Source of the DNA: a virus | Taxonomy: Duplodnaviria; Caudoviricetes | IMG/VR virus record: IMGVR_UViG_3300046170_000323 | DNA: 64,000 nucleotides | Strand: one strand, 5' to 3' | Shown here: positions 37,968 to 47,266 of the stretch, in pieces | Layout of the letters: every line of letters starts with the position of its first letter | Numbering within the stretch: position 1 is the first letter of the stretch | Translations under genes and position numbers: made by a program | The notes under the pieces: generated by a model | Databases searched by the model: none | Told to the model about the DNA's origin: nothing | The model's input: only the letters and a program-made list of their open reading frames with translations

Positions 37968-38575
37968 CAGATATAAAAAGCATTGTAGACAGAAGTCAGA
38001 TATGTACTAGGAACTGGGATCACTCAAAGACGATTCCAGAAGAACATATTGATATCTTTTTACACGCATTGCAGAACTGTCCAAGTAAACAGAACTTCGC
38101 CTTCTATAAAATTCATCTGATTACAGATAAAGAGATGCAGGCGCAGATCTTAGAAGAGACAAGGATCTTCACATTACCAAATGGTGTGACTGTTACTAAT
38201 AGTCAAAACATGGCAAATATTCTTATTGTGTTTGAGAAACCAAACTACAGTGATACCATGTTGAAGAGGAATGAAAAGTATACTTGGTTCAACACCCAAC
38301 CAGAGTGGGAACTCGACAGAGATTCGTGGATGAACATTGGTGTTGCGGCTGGATACTTGAATTACATTGCACATTCCCTTGGTTATGAAACAGGGTATTG
38401 TGCAGGTCTGCATCAAGAGAATGTTAAAAATATAATTGGTTGTGAAAACAATATTGAACTCATGATGGGAATAGGTTTTAGGGATATGGAACTGGATCAA
38501 AGAGATCATCACTTTGGTGAAGGCAGGTTCCCCCACTACAGAAAAGAACCTATCATCGTAGAACGACATGAGTGA
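37964..38575 (+). CDS. Nitroreductase-fold protein (paralogue)
   Basis: SQICTRNWD, NCPSKQN, IGVAAGYL..IAHSLGYETG, MGIGF. Confidence 0.8.
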   Translation: MTDIKSIVDRSQICTRNWDHSKTIPEEHIDIFLHALQNCPSKQNFAFYKIHLITDKEMQAQILEETRIFTLPNGVTVTNSQNMANILIVFEKPNYSDTMLKRNEKYTWFNTQPEWELDRDSWMNIGVAAGYLNYIAHSLGYETGYCAGLHQENVKNIIGCENNIELMMGIGFRDMELDQRDHHFGEGRFPHYRKEPIIVERHE

Positions 38576-39294
38576 TTATGTTCACGTTAGGGAAGGACAC
38601 GATGTCTATCCGTTCTTCAAAGAACTTTTCCCTGACTATCAACCCACAGAAAAGGTTTTAGACTTTGGCGGTAATAGGGGAAATTTACTTTATCACTCTA
38701 GTGGTGGAATTACAGACCATAATTATACATCTATTGACGTAAGTACTACGGCGCTCGAATTGGGCAAACAGGACTTTCCAAACGCAACATTTATTCATAA
38801 CAATAAATGGAACTGGATGTACAATCCAAAAGGTGTTGAGTTACCTCACTACTGGCCTCTACAGAAGAAGTTTCCAGAGGTTGATTATAAACAGGACTAC
38901 ATCTTTGCATACAGTGTATTCACTCATACTGATCTAACTGAGTTTGTTGAGACTTTAGAGTGGTTAAATTGGTTTGATTTCAAAAAACTGGCAGTGAGTG
39001 TCTTAGACATCAACAGGGATGAGATCCACAAATTCTTTTACGATAAAAGGGATAGAGGATTACGGGCATTGTGTTGACCTATCAGAGATGAAAGGTAAAA
39101 ACATTGCATACCTCTACAACAACGAGACAATCTTATACGACAAGATTAGTGCATACAAATTAGATGTTCAACACTTCTTGTCACTATATAACATAGACTT
39201 TTTGGTGGAGACGTTGGGTGAGTATGGATTCAATGTTACAATCGAAAAGCCAGGCAAAGGAATCATTCCTTTTGTCTGCATGGAAAAAAAATAA
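38568..39294 (+). CDS. Class I SAM-dependent methyltransferase; +1 frameshift near 39047
   Basis: VLDFGGNRGN, SIDVS, YIFAYSVFTH. Confidence 0.8.
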
Positions 39295-39313
39295 AAAAAG
39301 TTTAATTTAACGC

Positions 39314-39342
39314 TTGCCTTTTGAGGCAACAAGTGTTATATT
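39314..39342 (+). promoter_or_regulatory. Early sigma70-like promoter driving the ncRNA/tRNA unit
   Basis: TTGCCT-17bp-TATATT-AACAAGGTAAG, same family as 34108 and 34885. Confidence 0.75.
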
Positions 39343-39348
39343 AACAAG

Positions 39349-39590
39349 GTAAGACACAGTGAGTGGTTGTCGACTCCCCCATGCTGAAGTATGGAAAACG
39401 ACTTTAAGAGATCTGTTGTCTGTGGTAGCCTGTGCCACGTTAGAAAATAAGACGGGCCGATATTAAAGCAGTACCAAGAGATAGTGAGTTGCTGAACAGA
39501 AGTTGACTGTAAAAGATTGCAGAAGGTCAACTACTCAACTTGAGGGTCACTCTAATTTACTGCACGTTTGATCGTGGTGTTGATCAAACA
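39349..39590 (+). ncRNA. Candidate structured ncRNA A
   Basis: No sense ORF; nested stems AGTGA/TCACT, GTCG/CGAC, CCAT/ATGG, GTGG/CCAC, AGTTGAC/GTCAACT, GTTTGATC/GATCAAAC. Confidence 0.5.
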
Positions 39591-39593
39591 CAT

Positions 39594-39667
39594 GCGGATG
39601 TCGTATAGTGGCATTACCTCAGATTTCCAATCTGATGATGAGGGTTCGATTCCTTCCGTCCGCTCCA
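39594..39667 (+). tRNA. tRNA-Gly(UCC)
   Basis: GCGGATG/CGTCCGC, TCAGA-TTTCCAA-TCTGA, CCA. Confidence 0.95.
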
Positions 39668-39680
39668 AATTTTTAGTTTT

Positions 39681-39848
39681 CACTCGACGGAGTGGGATCG
39701 TGGTGACTGAATAATGGGTGGACGTGCCCATAAAGTACTTCTGAAGATGGTTAGCGCCATGTCTTAGCGGATGCAAGAAGGTTCGAAAGCGAGTTTGACA
39801 GGAGCGTCCTGTGCGAGTAGATGTCGGTAATCCTTAATCCGGCCCACA
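39681..39848 (+). ncRNA. Candidate structured ncRNA B
   Basis: GC-rich intergenic stretch; stems GTGGG/CCCAC, ATGGG/CCCAT, CTTCT/AGAAG, ATGG/CCAT, ACAGGA/TCCTGT. Confidence 0.5.
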
Positions 39849-39868
39849 CCTTATACTATGGAGTTGTA

Positions 39869-40300
39869 ATGAAAGCATATATTACAGGAACTCGTAGGGG
39901 CCTTGGATATGAACTATCCAAGGTTTTTGAAACCTGCGACTCTCTTGAAGAGTGTAATGTATTCATCAACTGCAAACATGATGGCGTAGAACAAGTCCGC
40001 CAACTCTACCAAGCGGTAGATCTAGGAGTGAATAAGATCATCAATATTGGGTCGAATTCACCAGACTGTTTTCATCCCGAACCAAAACCCTATGCAGTTA
40101 TGAAGGCGGCACTTGACCATGCCAACGATCAGTTGTTTCAATTAGGTCATGACACTACTATTATTCGTTATGGGTATTTTGACTCCGAAAGAACTGCCCA
40201 CATAGATGCGCCCAAAATGGAAATAGACTACGCAGTTTATATGGTGAAGTGGGTTTTACACCAACCTTACAGAGTAAAGGAAGTAACTGTATGCGTGTAG
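39869..40300 (+). CDS. Short-chain dehydrogenase-like (compact SDR)
   Basis: ITGTRRGLG, INIGS, YAVMK (YxxxK). Confidence 0.75.
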   Translation: MKAYITGTRRGLGYELSKVFETCDSLEECNVFINCKHDGVEQVRQLYQAVDLGVNKIINIGSNSPDCFHPEPKPYAVMKAALDHANDQLFQLGHDTTIIRYGYFDSERTAHIDAPKMEIDYAVYMVKWVLHQPYRVKEVTVCV

Positions 40301-40759
40301 ATATTGAAAGAATTCTTTTTGAAATAGAAAGTCTCCCTAAGTTTAAAGAACAGATCATGTTGCAGAGTGTAGAACCTGGCGATGATCCTTTCTATGGAAC
40401 AGGACGAGTGACTGAGATCTCTCATAAAGAATACGAGTTCGTCCATCCTACCTTTGATCACATTCCATATCTAAATTCTATTATAGAAAAACTTGGTTTA
40501 AAAAGAACTCGTCTTATGAACCTATCTCCAAGAACGTGTTACACGTATCATATGGATTATACGCCTAGAGTTCACATTCCCCTAATCACAAACGAACGCT
40601 TGTTTCCTAGTCCTCGACGACGAAGTACAATACATGCCTGCAGATGGTACTGTGTATCTGGTCGACACTAGACTAAAACACACTGCCATCAATGCTTCTA
40701 AAGAGGATAGAATACACCTTGTTGGTATCGTCCCTGCTGACTATGTTCTGCCTGAATAA
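40291..40759 (+). CDS. Asp/Asn beta-hydroxylase-like 2OG oxygenase; +1 frameshift near 40605
   Basis: RTRLM.LSP, HMD, RVHIPLITN; tail MPADGTVYLVDT..KHTAINAS..DRIHLV. Confidence 0.8.
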
Positions 40760-40807
40760 ATAGATTTAACCCTTCTGGGTTTCTTTTATTATTAACAGGA
40801 GAATATA

Positions 40808-40984
40808 ATGACACTACATGAACAAATCGAACAGGCGTTCGCAGACTACGTGAAAGAGACTGAGTCTTTTGAAGAGAAGGGTGTGAAAGCATCCGCTGCA
40901 CGTGCAAGGAAAGCACTATCAGAAATCACAAAACTCGCAAAAGACAGGCGAGCGGAAATTCAGAACGCAAAGAATGCGGCATAA
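40808..40984 (+). CDS. Small basic protein, histone H1-like Hc1 type (58 aa)
   Basis: F..KGVKASAARARKALSEITKLAKDRRAEIQ; SD AGGAG. Confidence 0.7.
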   Translation: MTLHEQIEQAFADYVKETESFEEKGVKASAARARKALSEITKLAKDRRAEIQNAKNAA

Positions 40985-41010
40985 AAAAAGGGGATCTTAG
41001 GATCCCCTTT
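40983..41010. terminator. Bidirectional terminator
   Basis: A7-GGGGATC-ttag-GATCCCC-TTT between convergent genes. Confidence 0.75.
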
Positions 41011-41042
41011 CTCGTTTAGAGTACCGTTTCTACTCTTCTATA

Positions 41043-42015
41043 TTATAATCCGCTTGGAACAATAATATAATGTATCATCAGAACAAGTGCAACTGATGCA
41101 CCAAGTCCTACCATCATCTTACCAAAGTCTTTGGCAACCAATGGGAATACTGATTTAGTTTTCTTCTTACCGAAGTACGTTGCCATTGCAAGTTCACGCC
41201 CTGCAAGCAAACCAACGAACACCCATGTTGTACTCATAGGAATATCATTCAATTCCTTAAAGAAGTACAGACACAACCAATAGAACAAGTCAATCAGTGT
41301 TGCAGATCTCACGTAACGAGTGTTGTGTTTCTCTAATACGATCTTCTGAATCTTACCACCCTTTTCTCTGAACATAAAGAACAGTCCAGCGACAAATACA
41401 AATGATATGAATATCATCAGATCAACTGGTACTTGACGTGGTAAGAATACTGCAATGTTTGCCATGTCGTGTGACAACCATGTCCACCACAGACCACCTG
41501 TTGCAACCCACTGTGCGATGCGCCAGAACTTCTTATTACTTTCGGTGACTGGTTGAGTCTCATCAAACCACTTACCTGTATACTTGTGTATTGCGAACCA
41601 GATTGCATATGCAAATGCGGCTGCAACACCATATCCCATGATAGACTTCATCAACATCTTCTCAAGAACAAATGTACTTGCAAAGACTGACAATACTAGG
41701 AATGAAGTTGATACTGGTACACCTATTCTCGTTAGTAATACGAGGATTGCAGGTGCGGCTGCATGATACCATTGAACCTCTTGCCAAGGTATTTTGTTTA
41801 GTCGTTCGTAACTGATGTCTCCACCATTTACACTCCACCCATACCACAGGGTTGCAAGTAACACTGCACTTGCGGCTGCCCATAGTGTTCTGTAGTGGAA
41901 TCTCTCATTGTTTGATGCCATCCATGTGCCGAGAGTTTGCACTGAATCGTTTGCGATAACGGCATACGCCGCCAGTAGGAACCCAATGAGGGCTCCACAT
42001 AGTAAGTAGTTCCAT
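41043..42015 (-). CDS. Polytopic membrane transporter, PiT-like (phosphate/sulfate) family; +1 frameshift near 41995
   Basis: Rejoined start MELLM.ALIGFLLAAYAVIANDSVQTLGTW; PVSTS, SHDMANIA, PMSTT: duplicated PiT-like signatures; many TM helices. Confidence 0.6.
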
Positions 42016-42097
42016 TTCTTTCTCCTTATGCTTGCAGGCTTTACCCCTGCGCTCGCTTGGATGACAAGCGAAACGGACTTGTCGGGAATATTTAGGC

Positions 42098-42126
42098 TTG
42101 ACTTATGAAATAACAGGGTGTATAAT
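42098..42126 (+). promoter_or_regulatory. sigma70-like promoter
   Basis: TTGACT-17bp-TATAAT. Confidence 0.7.
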
Positions 42127-42156
42127 TGTTCTACAAATGATCAATAGAATCAACAA

Positions 42157-42685
42157 ATGAGAGCAGAAATGAAAAAATTAGTTATGGCTGCAGTAGCGGC
42201 ATCAATGATGTTATCTGGTGCAGTACCTGCATCTGAGTCTTCTACCGATGTAGATTGGGAAGAGATGAAATGTCTCGCATTGAACGTATACTATGAGACA
42301 CGTTCAGATAGTCTCGCTGGTCAATACGCAGTGAGTGATGTTGTGTTGAATCGTGTGGCGAGTGATCGTTATCCAAACACTGTCTGTGAAGTTGTACACC
42401 AAGGAAAACAAAAACCCTCTTGGAAAGATCCAAGTAAAATGGTTATGGTTCGCAACATGTGTCAGTTCTCTTGGTACTGTGACGGTAAGGCAGACAAACC
42501 AACAGACGAACAATCTTGGTCAAGCGCCCCAAATGGTCGCCTTTTCTATTATGATATATGGGAAGTATAGAGGGTTGACCGAAGGTGCAACACATTATCA
42601 TGCGAAGTATGTCACACCTTCATGGTCTAAAGATTTATATCAGATAGGTCGTATTGGTCAACATATCTTCTATAGGTATTACTGA
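42157..42685 (+). CDS. Cell-wall hydrolase (SleB/Hydrolase_2); +1 frameshift near 42525
   Basis: CLALNVYYETR, V..VVLNRV, YPNTVCEVV, CQFSWYCDG, GATHYHA. Confidence 0.92.
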
Positions 42686-43012
42686 TTACTTTTTACGGAG
42701 AGCGTCTGCTCCAAAGAATGCAGCAACCAATGCAGAGATAGCAACAAAATATGTTGGAGCAATATCACCAACAATACCTGCGGCTGTCTCTAGTCCAAAG
42801 TACGCAGTAAGTACGATGGCGAATGGATACAACAGCATTCCGAAAAGGGCGAACCAAGTCATATTACGCATTGCATCACGCTGTGCGTCTTGGTCTTCTA
42901 GCGCTTTTCTTTTAAATTCTAGGTACATGGCTTTTTCTTCTTCGTCTACCGAACCATCACCGTTTACGTCTGCAGGGTGGTAACCTGCTTTCTTCATATC
43001 TTCTTCAGACAT
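42686..43012 (-). CDS. Holin-like membrane protein with an N-terminal EF-hand-like loop
   Basis: DVNGDGSVDEEE followed by two hydrophobic helices. Confidence 0.55.
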   Translation of the reverse strand: MSEEDMKKAGYHPADVNGDGSVDEEEKAMYLEFKRKALEDQDAQRDAMRNMTWFALFGMLLYPFAIVLTAYFGLETAAGIVGDIAPTYFVAISALVAAFFGADALRKK

Positions 43013-43062
43013 AGGAAACTCCTTGGATAATTAAAGATGCATGCCGAAGAATTCACTTACAT

Positions 43063-43074
43063 TATTTATAAATA
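43063..43074. promoter_or_regulatory. Overlapping bidirectional T4 late promoters
   Basis: TATTTATAAATA contains TATAAATA on both strands. Confidence 0.7.
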
Positions 43075-43087
43075 GTCTTATTGGGTA

Positions 43088-43116
43088 TTGACAAGTATAA
43101 AAAAATGTCGTATAAT
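43088..43116 (+). promoter_or_regulatory. sigma70-like promoter
   Basis: TTGACA-17bp-TATAAT upstream of the tmRNA unit. Confidence 0.8.
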
Positions 43117-43147
43117 AATGATGTAAAAACAAAATTGGAAATGAAAT

Positions 43148-43321
43148 ATGTGGTTGTTAACACTAATTGCACTCGAACCTGTGGATGGTCATGTTTTGAA
43201 TCCACATAAGATTTTAGGTTTCAAAGATGAAGAATCTTGTAAGGCTGTTTCCTCTATGGATGCAGTCTATGTAGACGGTGTTTACTGGAAGGTAGACGCA
43301 CCCTGTTTAGATGTTTCATAG
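43148..43321 (+). CDS. Small hypothetical protein (57 aa)
   Basis: MWLLTLIALEPVDG...ESC...PCLDVS*. Confidence 0.45.
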   Translation: MWLLTLIALEPVDGHVLNPHKILGFKDEESCKAVSSMDAVYVDGVYWKVDAPCLDVS

Positions 43322-43333
43322 AAGGAAGATTAG

Positions 43334-43522
43334 ATGCAGAGAAATAGTAGACTACCAAGAAAACCTATGAACTCTGGTGATGAGTGGGATGTGTTAACTG
43401 ACGCACGTGAGTTCTACTGTTATACACAAAGATCTAAAGTTTGCAAAAAGATCAAGAAAGCGTATAACAAAAAAGAACGCAAATGGTTAAACAAAGAATT
43501 CTTAGTCGTGGACATGGACTAA
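43334..43522 (+). CDS. Basic hypothetical protein
   Basis: 62-aa ORF; GDEWDVLT. Confidence 0.55.
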   Translation: MQRNSRLPRKPMNSGDEWDVLTDAREFYCYTQRSKVCKKIKKAYNKKERKWLNKEFLVVDMD

Positions 43523-43795
43523 GTAAAGATGTAATTGTTGAAGCAAAGCGAATACGAACTGGACTGGGGGGCAGTACCCCACAGCTCCACCACAAACACA
43601 TTTACTGAGTGTGTTTTTGATGGGGGCTGAACTAGGATCGACAGGCGGGCTAGTTGAGTGGAGATTACCGTGGTGACCTACGTTATTCGGTCAAAAACTA
43701 TAAGTGCAAATGATAATTTCGCACCATCTGAGTTACGCCTAGCAGCGTAGCCGCAGGGGGTATGGGTTCCACCTAGCAACAGAAAGGGCCCGTTT
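43523..43795 (+). ncRNA. ssrA: Circularly permuted two-piece tmRNA (alphaproteobacterial type); outer ends approximate
   Basis: Acceptor piece ends TGGGG-GGCAGTA-CCCCA CAGCTCC-A-CCA (43592); hairpin spacer 43593-43622; coding piece starts GGGGCTG (43623, G3-U70 pair); tag 43706-43750 = ANDNFAPSELRLAA*. Confidence 0.93.
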
Positions 43796-43856
43796 TACGT
43801 TTGGCATAAATATTTTGAGACCCATAATAGATAACAAACTCTAAAGGAAATATAAA

Positions 43857-44042
43857 ATGGCTTTCAAAGTTGGAACAGTTACTGTTATCGACAACTCCAA
43901 GGAACTCGAAAATATTGAGGCCACGGATGCGGTAACAGTAGAAACGATTGAAGACGCAATAAGAGAAGCGGCTAATAAAATCATCATTTATGATTCGGCG
44001 GGTAATGTGTTGAAAACAGTATTTGGCCCACCAGAAGCATAA
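43857..44042 (+). CDS. Small putative virion/tail-fibre-associated protein
   Basis: MAFKVGTVTVID...; CATAAATA late-like box at ~43806. Confidence 0.55.
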   Translation: MAFKVGTVTVIDNSKELENIEATDAVTVETIEDAIREAANKIIIYDSAGNVLKTVFGPPEA

Positions 44043-44057
44043 GAGAGGGCAAAGACT

Positions 44058-45014
44058 ATGGCTGTGAGAAGACCTCTTTACTGGACAGGTGATGGCCTCA
44101 GGCCCATGTCCGATGCGATGATAGATGATATCGTTGATCGTGCTGTTGCGTTGTATAATAACAACCCTTCAGTCACGTTAGACGTGGTAAGTGATAATGG
44201 TAATTTACGAACGATGAATGACACACGTTTCGAAGCGGGTGATGCAACAAGAAGATCTGGTAGATATTCGACTGAAGCTGAAACTCCAGATATCGAAGAA
44301 GTTGTAATTTATAACGATAGAATTGATCAAACGGTTGCAAGTGGCACATCGTATCCTACAAACACTGACAACATTGCGTTTCCCACTTACCAAACAGGGT
44401 CTGATGTGCGAACAATGACACGTGGTGATTTTGTAGACACATTCATTAAACCTGCGATTGATAAGTTATTGACATCAACTGTTGCAGGGTATACAGTCAT
44501 TTCTGATGCTGCGACAGCACCCAACACCGTAGAAGCTGTTGACAATACTCCAATCTTTATAAACACGATTGCAGATGTTAGCTAAGTTCACGGCGGTTGG
44601 TATTCCAGAAACTAAAGATCAACCAGAAACTGTGGACTCATACAAACTTTATCGGTACAAGAATACAACACCAGCAGCGTTATCACAAAAACCTCTGAAA
44701 CTTACAAGTAGAAACTGATCCACATATCCAACAGATGTCAGATACAGAATTGAATGATCTTTTAGAAGACACTATCAGACATACAGCCTGCAAATGATAC
44801 TACAGCTGCACACAGAATTAGGTATAACATAAATGTGGTTGGTGGGACTAATCGTGGTTCACCAATGCTTGATACAAGACTTAATGGAACGTCTGCAGCA
44901 GGATATACTCAGAAACCTTTGGGGATCTATGACAACTATTACGAAACTCAGGAGTTTCCGAACGGTATTGAAACTACCATAAATACATATAACTTAACTA
45001 TTACAAAATCTTAG
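44058..45014 (+). CDS. Putative virion structural protein A (frameshifted after ~44580)
   Basis: MAVRRPLYW, DTRFEAG, ...YETQEFPNG...TINTYNLTITKS*; Thr/Asp/Ala-rich. Confidence 0.6.
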
Positions 45015-45029
45015 AGGGAAATTTTTAAA

Positions 45030-46010
45030 ATGGCAGTGCGAGCACCCTTATACTGGGATGGAACCGAAGTCCAAGAAATGTCAATTGCGCAGGTTACTGC
45101 GATTTGTGAACGCATGAACAATGCGTACTCTGGTAACGAGACCGTAACGCTCTCTGTTGTTGCATCCGCAGGTACATTAGCTGCGATGGATGATACGAGA
45201 TATCAAGCAGGTACTTTCACAACAGGTACAACTGCATACGCAACCGAAGCAGCGACAGCAGATATCTCCACTGATCACCACGACATTTGATAAAATCTCT
45301 CAGTCAAAATCTAGTCCCGCGTCATATCCAGTAGACAGTCAACAAAAGTTATCCTTGTTATTGGGACACGGCGACTGGTGAGATCAGAGCGATGACTCAA
45401 CAGGACATGATCGATACTTTTGTTGATCAGGCGACTGATTTACTTGCGGCAGGGAATACAGAGTCAGACACCTCAAAGAAGGCAGGTTCTTATACAATTA
45501 GTACAAGTAACTCACTTGCAGGCGCAACTCTTGTAGATGCAGCCCCCAATATATACAGATACACGTGCAGATGCAGATGTGTATACATCTGGTGGTATTC
45601 CAGAAGCGCAAGACCAACCAGAAGACGTAAACAACTACTATCTACACCAGTGGAATGGTGATGCAGCTGCAGGCGCAGATGTGCCACTCATGATAAATAT
45701 AACTGGTGGCGTAACAGACTTACAAACATACTCAGATACGGACTGGGACTTTATCCTATCGGAATACATTCGATACGCAACTGAGAATGAAACTGGTCAA
45801 CAAATCAACTTTGAAATATACGAAGTTGGCAGTGAACCCGCTGGTGCAAACCTCTGTGGAACTGCAATTGTTGATACAACGCTTGACGGATCGTCTGCCA
45901 GCGGGTATACTACACGTCTAGTAAATGCAAACGACTATAGAACACAGGAATTCCCGAATGGGGTTCCAACAACAATTAAATCATATGGTTTATATGTCAC
46001 TAAAAGCTAA
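45030..46010 (+). CDS. Putative virion structural protein B, paralogue of A (several frameshifts)
   Basis: MAVRAPLYW, DTRYQAG, ...YRTQEFPNG...TIKSYGLYVTKS*. Confidence 0.6.
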
Positions 46011-46029
46011 CTGAAGGAGTGAATTGAAA

Positions 46030-46542
46030 ATGGCTGAATTTAGTAACAACATTATTGATGTGTATTTTTTCGATCAGGAAAAGTCAATTATCAATGTTGA
46101 ATGGAGAGGATCTGATGATAAGATCCGTAGGTTTTTCGTAAACGTCGACGAGACTGATGCGAACTATCAAGACCTCATTGCAGAGGGTTGGAACGAAACT
46201 AAGGTAGAACAGTCTACCAAAGAGTATCGTCGTCGTGCACGTAAAGCATTCGAGAAAGAATGTATGTTGATTGCAGCACGTGAAGGCATCATTGATACTT
46301 CTGAACTTGGGTTCAAAAAGATCTATAACTTCCTAAAACTGGAAGAAGACAAGATCGAAGCGGAAAAACTTTTCAAGTTTAAGATTGAAGCGTTTGATGA
46401 AGAAGCAGTCGTCCAGTGTGAAGACACTTCTGTAAAGCGTGCAATCCGCCAAGCGAAAACCTACAAAGAGGTTATCGATCTAGTTATTGCTTTGGGTGAA
46501 CCTGAAGGAGCGGATGAGTCCGACACAGAATCGGAAGATTAA
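46030..46542 (+). CDS. Hypothetical acidic protein
   Basis: SD AGGAG; LFKFKIEAFD. Confidence 0.6.
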   Translation: MAEFSNNIIDVYFFDQEKSIINVEWRGSDDKIRRFFVNVDETDANYQDLIAEGWNETKVEQSTKEYRRRARKAFEKECMLIAAREGIIDTSELGFKKIYNFLKLEEDKIEAEKLFKFKIEAFDEEAVVQCEDTSVKRAIRQAKTYKEVIDLVIALGEPEGADESDTESED

Positions 46543-46546
46543 AAAT

Positions 46547-47245
46547 ATGAAAATTTTTGTTGTGAGAATCGGGAACAAATATGGGCCCGAATATGAAGAC
46601 TATATCGAATCGAAACTAGGAGACGACTATGAAGTCGTCTGGATTCGTGAACCTTACGATAATCGTGTAGAACTACAATGGAACAAGATGTCTGTAATGG
46701 ATATGGACATCGATGAACCAGTGTGCGTAATCGATATCGATCTTCTTCTGATTAACGACTACAAAAAGTGTTTTGATTTTCCTGTGGAACGTGGACAGTT
46801 TCTTGCCATGCGAGCGTGGTGGAGAGACACTCTTCATCCAGACTATTCTTTGAATGGTGGTTTCTACAAATACTACCCGAATGATTGTCGGTACATCTAC
46901 GAGAAGTTTATGACAGACGTAGAACACTGGCAGAAATTCTACATTCGTGCAGGCATCACAAGTGGGCCTGTGAACGGTGAACAGTACTTTGTTGAGGATG
47001 CGGTTAAAGAAGAACTGGAATTGATCTATCTACCATCTGCGTGGCAGACACGTTGGTTGAGTCAGAATGATGTACTTCCTGATCTATACACTGAGTGGCA
47101 AAACCGTTTCAATAAGAAATATGAAGCCGTTACTGGTAATGAGTATGCGTGGTTTGGTGACTTTCATGAAGACATCAAGTTAGTACACTTTACGCATGAA
47201 ATGAATCTACCTCACACATGGAAGTATTATAAACAATACACCTAA
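46547..47245 (+). CDS. Glycosyltransferase-like (GT-A) protein
   Basis: VRIGNKYGPEY, WNKM, IDIDLL, NGGF, GEQYFV, KLVHFT. Confidence 0.7.
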   Translation: MKIFVVRIGNKYGPEYEDYIESKLGDDYEVVWIREPYDNRVELQWNKMSVMDMDIDEPVCVIDIDLLLINDYKKCFDFPVERGQFLAMRAWWRDTLHPDYSLNGGFYKYYPNDCRYIYEKFMTDVEHWQKFYIRAGITSGPVNGEQYFVEDAVKEELELIYLPSAWQTRWLSQNDVLPDLYTEWQNRFNKKYEAVTGNEYAWFGDFHEDIKLVHFTHEMNLPHTWKYYKQYT

Positions 47246-47266
47246 ACGGAAGAACCTTCCTATATT

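Noticed and set aside
35662-39667. Suppressor or recoding tRNAs / alternative genetic code
   Set aside because: Anticodons are standard (UCU, UGG, CCA, UCC) and core genes translate fully with code 11
39681-39720. Hammerhead ribozyme (CTGA...stem...AAAG) in ncRNA B
   Set aside because: The core lacks the required CUGANGA and GAAA consensus
39349-39848. RNase P RNA, SRP RNA or group I intron
   Set aside because: No GAGGAAAGUCC/P4, no SRP GGAA-loop helix 8 and no recognisable P7 elements found by eye
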